A stretch of 63,417 nt of DNA, the filler included, from Olpidium bornovanus S191 (lineage: Eukaryota > Fungi > Olpidiomycota), in the NCBI GenBank assembly GCA_017911155.1. It is 29 parts of 29 records of this genome, joined end to end, with 100 filler letters (N's around TTAATTAATTAA, not from the genome) between each part and the next. Parts side by side here need not be neighbours in the genome. Positions count along the whole stretch, not along the records: positions 58,141 to 59,867 come from JAEFCI010004702.1; positions 59,968 to 62,082 come from JAEFCI010008469.1; positions 62,183 to 63,417 come from JAEFCI010005966.1; 26 more parts are not named here. One strand, written 5' to 3'. The position numbers and the translations under genes are program-made. Below the pieces are notes generated by a model, which was not told the DNA's origin, made no database searches, and worked only from the letters and a program-made list of their open reading frames with translations. Shown one piece after another: positions 58,583 to 63,417 of this stretch. Every line of letters starts with the position of its first letter. Position 1 is the first letter of the stretch.

Positions 58583-61173
58583 GTCCAGAGCTGCAGACCG
58601 ACTAAGGAAAACGTCGTTTTAGGATTGAAGGGACCTCATTAAAAAACTTTTGGCCAAGTGTCATGTCAATCATCGGTTCGTTTTCCCCGCCAGCATACGC
58701 TGCCGCGACAGCGACAAAAGTTACAGATATGAAGGCCTTCTGGTGGACAGTGATGCGGAAGACGACGCAAAGCGGATCATGCCAGACGAGCAGAAAGGGC
58801 AACCGTCCGCTTAAGGACGGATGGTGGTGGCGACGATCCTAGGCGCAGTTTGGCGCGCTTCCTGCTGGACAGACAATTGAGTGACGGACGACGCGCTCGG
58901 CCCGACTCCGGCGAGGATGACGACGACGACGAAGACCCCGGAGAGGCGCGGTGTTCCCTTCCTGGGGGCATATATATTTTACGGGGTTCCTAAGGGCAGC
59001 ATCCCCCCCCCCCCCCTCCCGCGGAAGGGGGGGGGGAAGGTAGGGGCGGGGCTGCTCGGGGGTGGCTCGAACCATCACCACCCCCTCCGCCAATACCGGC
59101 CGGAAAACGGAAGAAGGCTCTCTTCCTCTCGCCAGGGTTGCCCTGGCATGTTGGGCATAATTGTCCTGATCAGACGGAACGGTCAGGAGCGCGGGGGGGG
59201 GGGGGGGGGGCAATGGGAGAGCGCGGCCATACGCCGAGTCGCAACGCCGAGCCGCAACGCCGAACCACACACACGATTTCCCACCCCGGCGCATCGAAAA
59301 TGGAAGAAGGGAAGGAAAGAAGGAAAGAAGGGAAAACGACGGATCGCAACGTCAAACCACAACGCCAGGCAGTAATTCCCCACACATGGCGATTCTAAAT
59401 CTGCAAAATCTGAATCACAAGTAGTGAACTCGGGGTAAAACCCTAGTTGGTTGCCAGTAAAATTTGTTCAGGCTGTAGACTTTAGTACATTATTGTATTT
59501 TACATTCTGATTATGTTTGTAGTATATTTTGATCTTACGCGTTGTCATACACTTCTGTAGCAGATTTCAGGAATAAACGATTGTTTTTCTATCAAGCCAG
59601 AGCTGTCAGTTTTTTGACGGTCGCCGGGGCTTGCAATTTTTTCTTTTTTTTTTTTTTTTTTTTTTGACAGCCGCTAGTTTTCTTTGTTTCTTGGGGAATT
59701 TTCGTTTTGGGGGACACATGAGAAAATAATTGCAAAAAGGGGGACACATGCAAAAATAAATTGCAAAGAGGGGGATACGACTTGCCACCGCCCCTCCCGC
59801 GCGCCGACAGACGCACAACCCGGGAAGGTTCCCAAATCCGTGAAATTCTACAACGTGAAACGAGACANNNNNNNNNNNNNNNNNNNNNNNNNNNNNNNNN
59901 NNNNNNNNNNNTTAATTAATTAANNNNNNNNNNNNNNNNNNNNNNNNNNNNNNNNNNNNNNNNNNNNCATGGGTGTCAGTCTCATAAAAATCCTTGTAGT
60001 GCGTGGGCAACCCCGATGGCGACAATCCCGGCAAGAAAAAGAGCACAGACCTACTGGATGTCATTGCCGGAAAACCCTGTGGGAAAAAAAACAGGCTTTG
60101 ACATTGCAGTAGTTTGCATTCACTGATGCTTCTCCTCCTCAACTCGGGAAAGATTTTTCGCATTCGCTGATGCGTCTCCTTCTCAACTCGGGTCGCCCAG
60201 GTCGCGGTTCGCGGTCATCGACGCTATTGTCGGCGATCTGCTGTGCGACCATTGATGCAAACGCCTCGTCAGTTTACATTTGGGATCTATCCCAGAAGTC
60301 TTCTGTTTCGGCGTAATGGACGGCAAGGAGGAGGGGGGAGGGGGGGGGGACGGTGGAAAGGCGCCTTTCCTGTCCGGTGGAACATTTGGTAAAAAGTTAC
60401 CGGCGCTGTGTCTGAGACACTGTCAAAGAAGTTTTTCCACAAACTTTAAATTTGTCGGAAACACCCGGTGAAAACGACCGGAATGGGGACACTTTGGCCG
60501 CCGCGAGTATTTTTCCCTCGAGAAAAACTCCCAAAAACGGGCCGAAATGGTCTGGCTGGAGCCCCTGCTGACGCCGGCACGGATCCCCGGCGCAAGATGT
60601 GATTCCCGAACTGCGCGGTTTCAGGTCTGGCGGTGAAAGCGCGCAGTCCTACGTTGAAAGGCAGGAACCCGATCCGCGCCTTGTGACGGCGATTCACATC
60701 CTTATCCCGCTTTCCACCCTTTCCCCACCACAATTTCGTCCCAAACTTTTCGGTTCGTATATTCGCCCGTCCCTGGCCCTTGTGCAAGATCTTTCCTCCG
60801 GCTCCTTTGATTCCGCTTCCGAACCGCCGGCCGTAAACGTCGCGATCGCATACGAGATACCCTAATAGCAGCAACCTAAACTTCTGCCCCGGCAACGCGG
60901 CCGGGGCCAGCAAATCTATGTGCAGCCGGGTTCAGCATCCGAGTCATTCAAGATCTTCAGTGTGCAGGTTTCAAGTATTTAACTGCGAGCAGTTGCAGGT
61001 GTAAAATCCAGTTTGCGGCTAGAGCCGCCGATGTCGGATATTTTTGCCGGCCACGGCGCGGAAAGTCGCCGGCAACGCTGCATTCCTCGCGTGCAACGTT
61101 TGAAGAGGCGACAAGCAACTCCTTGGGGATGCGAAGGCCAAAGCTGCCAGCACGATTGATCTCAAAACGATTT

Positions 61174-62082
61174 TTAATCAACGGCTCGTTGTTTCCCTTT
61201 CTTTACGCTGCCGCAGTGGACCCCCTCCGCGGGCGTTCCCTTCGGGAGCATATGGCGGCACAGCAAGCACGAATCGAACAGATGCTCCGGCAAGCACCGT
61301 CGGTGGTCTGGCGAAGAGAAGCCGCGACGGTTCAGTTCGGCGCACGACGTCAGTAAACGCGAAACCGCGCTCTTAAAAAGGACATAACCACAAAAAGCTT
61401 ACATCCGTGGCCGCACCGGAATACGACAAGTGATCTGGATTCCTCGTCCCTTGAGTCGGCCGTTTGTGTTCCGAAGCTCGGCGCATTCGTCCACAGCGTC
61501 TTCCTGCACGCGGCGCACTGGCCGCGTCTGGGCCTCCAGCCTTTCGCGCGTCCCTGCACGACCGCACGCACCATCTCGAACAGGTCGCGCCCGACGAGGG
61601 CGTTGGTGATGCCGAGAAACGTTTCCTCAAACTTGCAGGCCTCAAGCAGGCCCCGCAGCAGCGACGCTTGCTTTTCGGCGTCGGGGCTCAGCCGCGCAAG
61701 CGCCTCGGCGTGCGGAACCTCGAGGTGGTTCTTGACCAGCTCTGCGGATCTCCACCCGTCAATGCCAACCAGGTCTGGCAGCCGAGCCATCGCGGCATTC
61801 CTCACCTGGGCCTTCTGGGCATCGGAGAGCCTGAACCCGGAAGGTGACGACCCCATCAGCTCGGCGACCGCGTCGAATACGCTTTCGCGGCGCCCCTTGT
61901 CGGCAAGGTAAGACTCCATCACGAGGTCGTATCTGCCCTCCTGTCGGTAGATCTTTTCCAGAACTCGATAGAATCCGGCCTTCTCGTACAGCTCGGCAAG
62001 GCGTGTTTGTTCTGTTTGAGTTGACGGAACGTACAGTCTGGTTGACCAAAGCGCTTCGATCGCCACCTGGCGCTCCTCATGG
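61174..62082 (-). CDS. VPS8: C-terminal part of CORVET subunit Vps8, with RING-H2 finger
   Basis: Reads LYEKAGFYRVLEKIYR...SVFD; FEETFLGITNAL..RDLF...KGWRP..GQCAAC; and VVFRCGHG|YHRRCL...CLLC. Stop is at 61174. Confidence 0.85.
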
Positions 62083-63007
62083 NNNNNNNNNNNNNNNNNN
62101 NNNNNNNNNNNNNNNNNNNNNNNNNNTTAATTAATTAANNNNNNNNNNNNNNNNNNNNNNNNNNNNNNNNNNNNNNNNNNNNCATGCTCTGAAGCAGCGA
62201 TTCGAGCGCCTCGCAGGCCTCGGGCATTTGAGCAAGGGGACACTGGGGATGGGCGGGCGATCGGACCGGTTTTGGAAAACAGAGCCACGGAAGGAGCGAA
62301 CCGGCGCGCCGCACCGTCTGCAAATCGAAACAAGGAAGCGCACCTCGCGCCGGCAGAAACAACGGTGAACGCAGTGAACATCGAAGCGGCGGGGTCAGTT
62401 ACTGGCGCGTCGCCGACCACGGCAAAACCTTTGTTAGAGGTGCAGTATCGATTCTGCCGTCCGGCTTCTCACGTCCTTCTCCTCTGGACGCGAAACCTCG
62501 TCGATGATGTGCGTGGCTTGGCGCGGCTGTTGTAATGCGGACCGCGGCGTAACGCGCACGGCGACAGATTGGTATACGTGGCCCGCGCCTGCTGCGGAAA
62601 ATACGGCCTGCCCGCCGGGACGGCCTGCGGCTGCGGGCTATCCGGCCGTGGCGCGCGCAGGCGTTCTGGTGCCCAAGGCCGGTACTCTTCCGGCCCCCTG
62701 GGAATGTGCGTCCCGGAAACGGCCGACCTAATTGACCTTCGCCTGGCGCCTCCAGGCGGGGACAATGCGTGGCCGCGGGGTAAATTCAAACTCCCTCTCT
62801 GTCGATAACAACACCACTTTCGATCCGCCTTTTGTGTCCGGTGCGTTGCCGCCAGGTCCAAAGTGATCCAAACGACTGAAATCATATATTGAAATTCATC
62901 TCGCTGGAATAATAGGCTTGCCCGTCCATTCAGGCAAGGGCACGTAACAAGCAGCAATTCAGCAAGGACCCCGGTCACCTCCGCCCTAGAATGACGGTGG
63001 TCGTGCA

Positions 63008-63165
63008 CAGCGAGTATCCCAATAAATGCAAACGACTTCGACTTTGTCCTTCAGGTTGCTGCTGGCGAATGCGGCCCGGAAAACTTGGACGACATCCTTG
63101 CCCTCCACACCCCTGGTGTAAATATTCGAGCGGGGTCAGAACTGCTCAAGCACCGAGCCAGAGTA
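63008..63165 (-). pseudogene. possible degenerate hexokinase-like fragment
   Basis: GSVLEQF*PRSNIYTRGVEGKDVVQVFRAAFASSNLKDKVEVVCIYWDT resembles the hexokinase block W.KGF..GVEG.DVV.L...A.....V.VVA..NDT. It contains an in-frame stop. Confidence 0.3.
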
Positions 63166-63417
63166 CGCTCAGCATTCCCGGATACGTTGTCAGCGTGCGG
63201 CAGGCAACAGGAAATCGCAACGAGCCTTTTCTGTGTTACGCTTATGCGTACATCTGGATACGGAATGAGGAGGTTAAAAGATCTAGGCGAATTCCGGATC
63301 GGGGTTTGGATCGAGGTTGCGGTTTTGATCCTCTCTGTACGGATCCAGAATCGGGTTGTTGGAAGCGGAAAGCGCGGAAAGCGCCTGTTCGCAGTTATCT
63401 CCGATACGAGCAGCATG

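Larger units (their letters stand above)
3504..62182. other. 28 artificial contig-joining spacers (44 N + TTAATTAATTAA + 44 N = 100 nt); the span given is first to last
   Basis: Identical 100-nt blocks start at 3504, 4850, 6924, 8176, 9437, 12595, 14675, 17041, 18595, 20308, 23355, 24542, 26462, 29791, 33995, 36758, 38203, 39383, 42381, 43794, 46868, 48685, 52508, 54288, 56903, 58041, 59868 and 62083. TTAATTAATTAA puts stops in all six frames, a standard pseudomolecule linker. Confidence 0.99.

Overview
This is not one locus. It is 29 short eukaryotic contigs (about 1.0-4.1 kb each) joined by 28 artificial 100-nt spacers (44 N + TTAATTAATTAA + 44 N), so synteny across spacers is meaningless. 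The DNA is GC-rich, with GT-AG introns. It carries fungal-type housekeeping genes: PIG-L/GPI12, an Mss116-like DEAD-box protein, importin beta, Pam16, a YLR419W/DHX57-like helicase, mL46, polyprenol reductase, Swi6/HP1, HADH, TMEM184, a BTB protein and Vps8. It also carries two motile-flagellum genes (TTC25/ODAD4 and LRRC6/DNAAF11), which points to a zoosporic fungus (inference). There are three Ty1/copia remnants, a tRNA-Ile(AAT) gene and a shattered Agd3-like (CE18) deacetylase relic. The most striking feature is a 356-bp miniature LTR retroelement (TRIM) at 22540-22895. Each of its 131-bp LTRs contains a complete tRNA-like cloverleaf with Pol III A/B boxes, which would make it a tRNA analogue of the plant 5S-bearing Cassandra elements. 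It has a half-tRNAiMet-type PBS, a PPT and an unusually long 40-bp flanking duplication. Second most notable is an intact, mitochondrially targeted Mss116-like ORF whose catalytic and RNA-binding motifs are systematically altered (DDAD), making it a candidate pseudo-helicase. All protein assignments come from recognising motifs by eye; no database searches were run.
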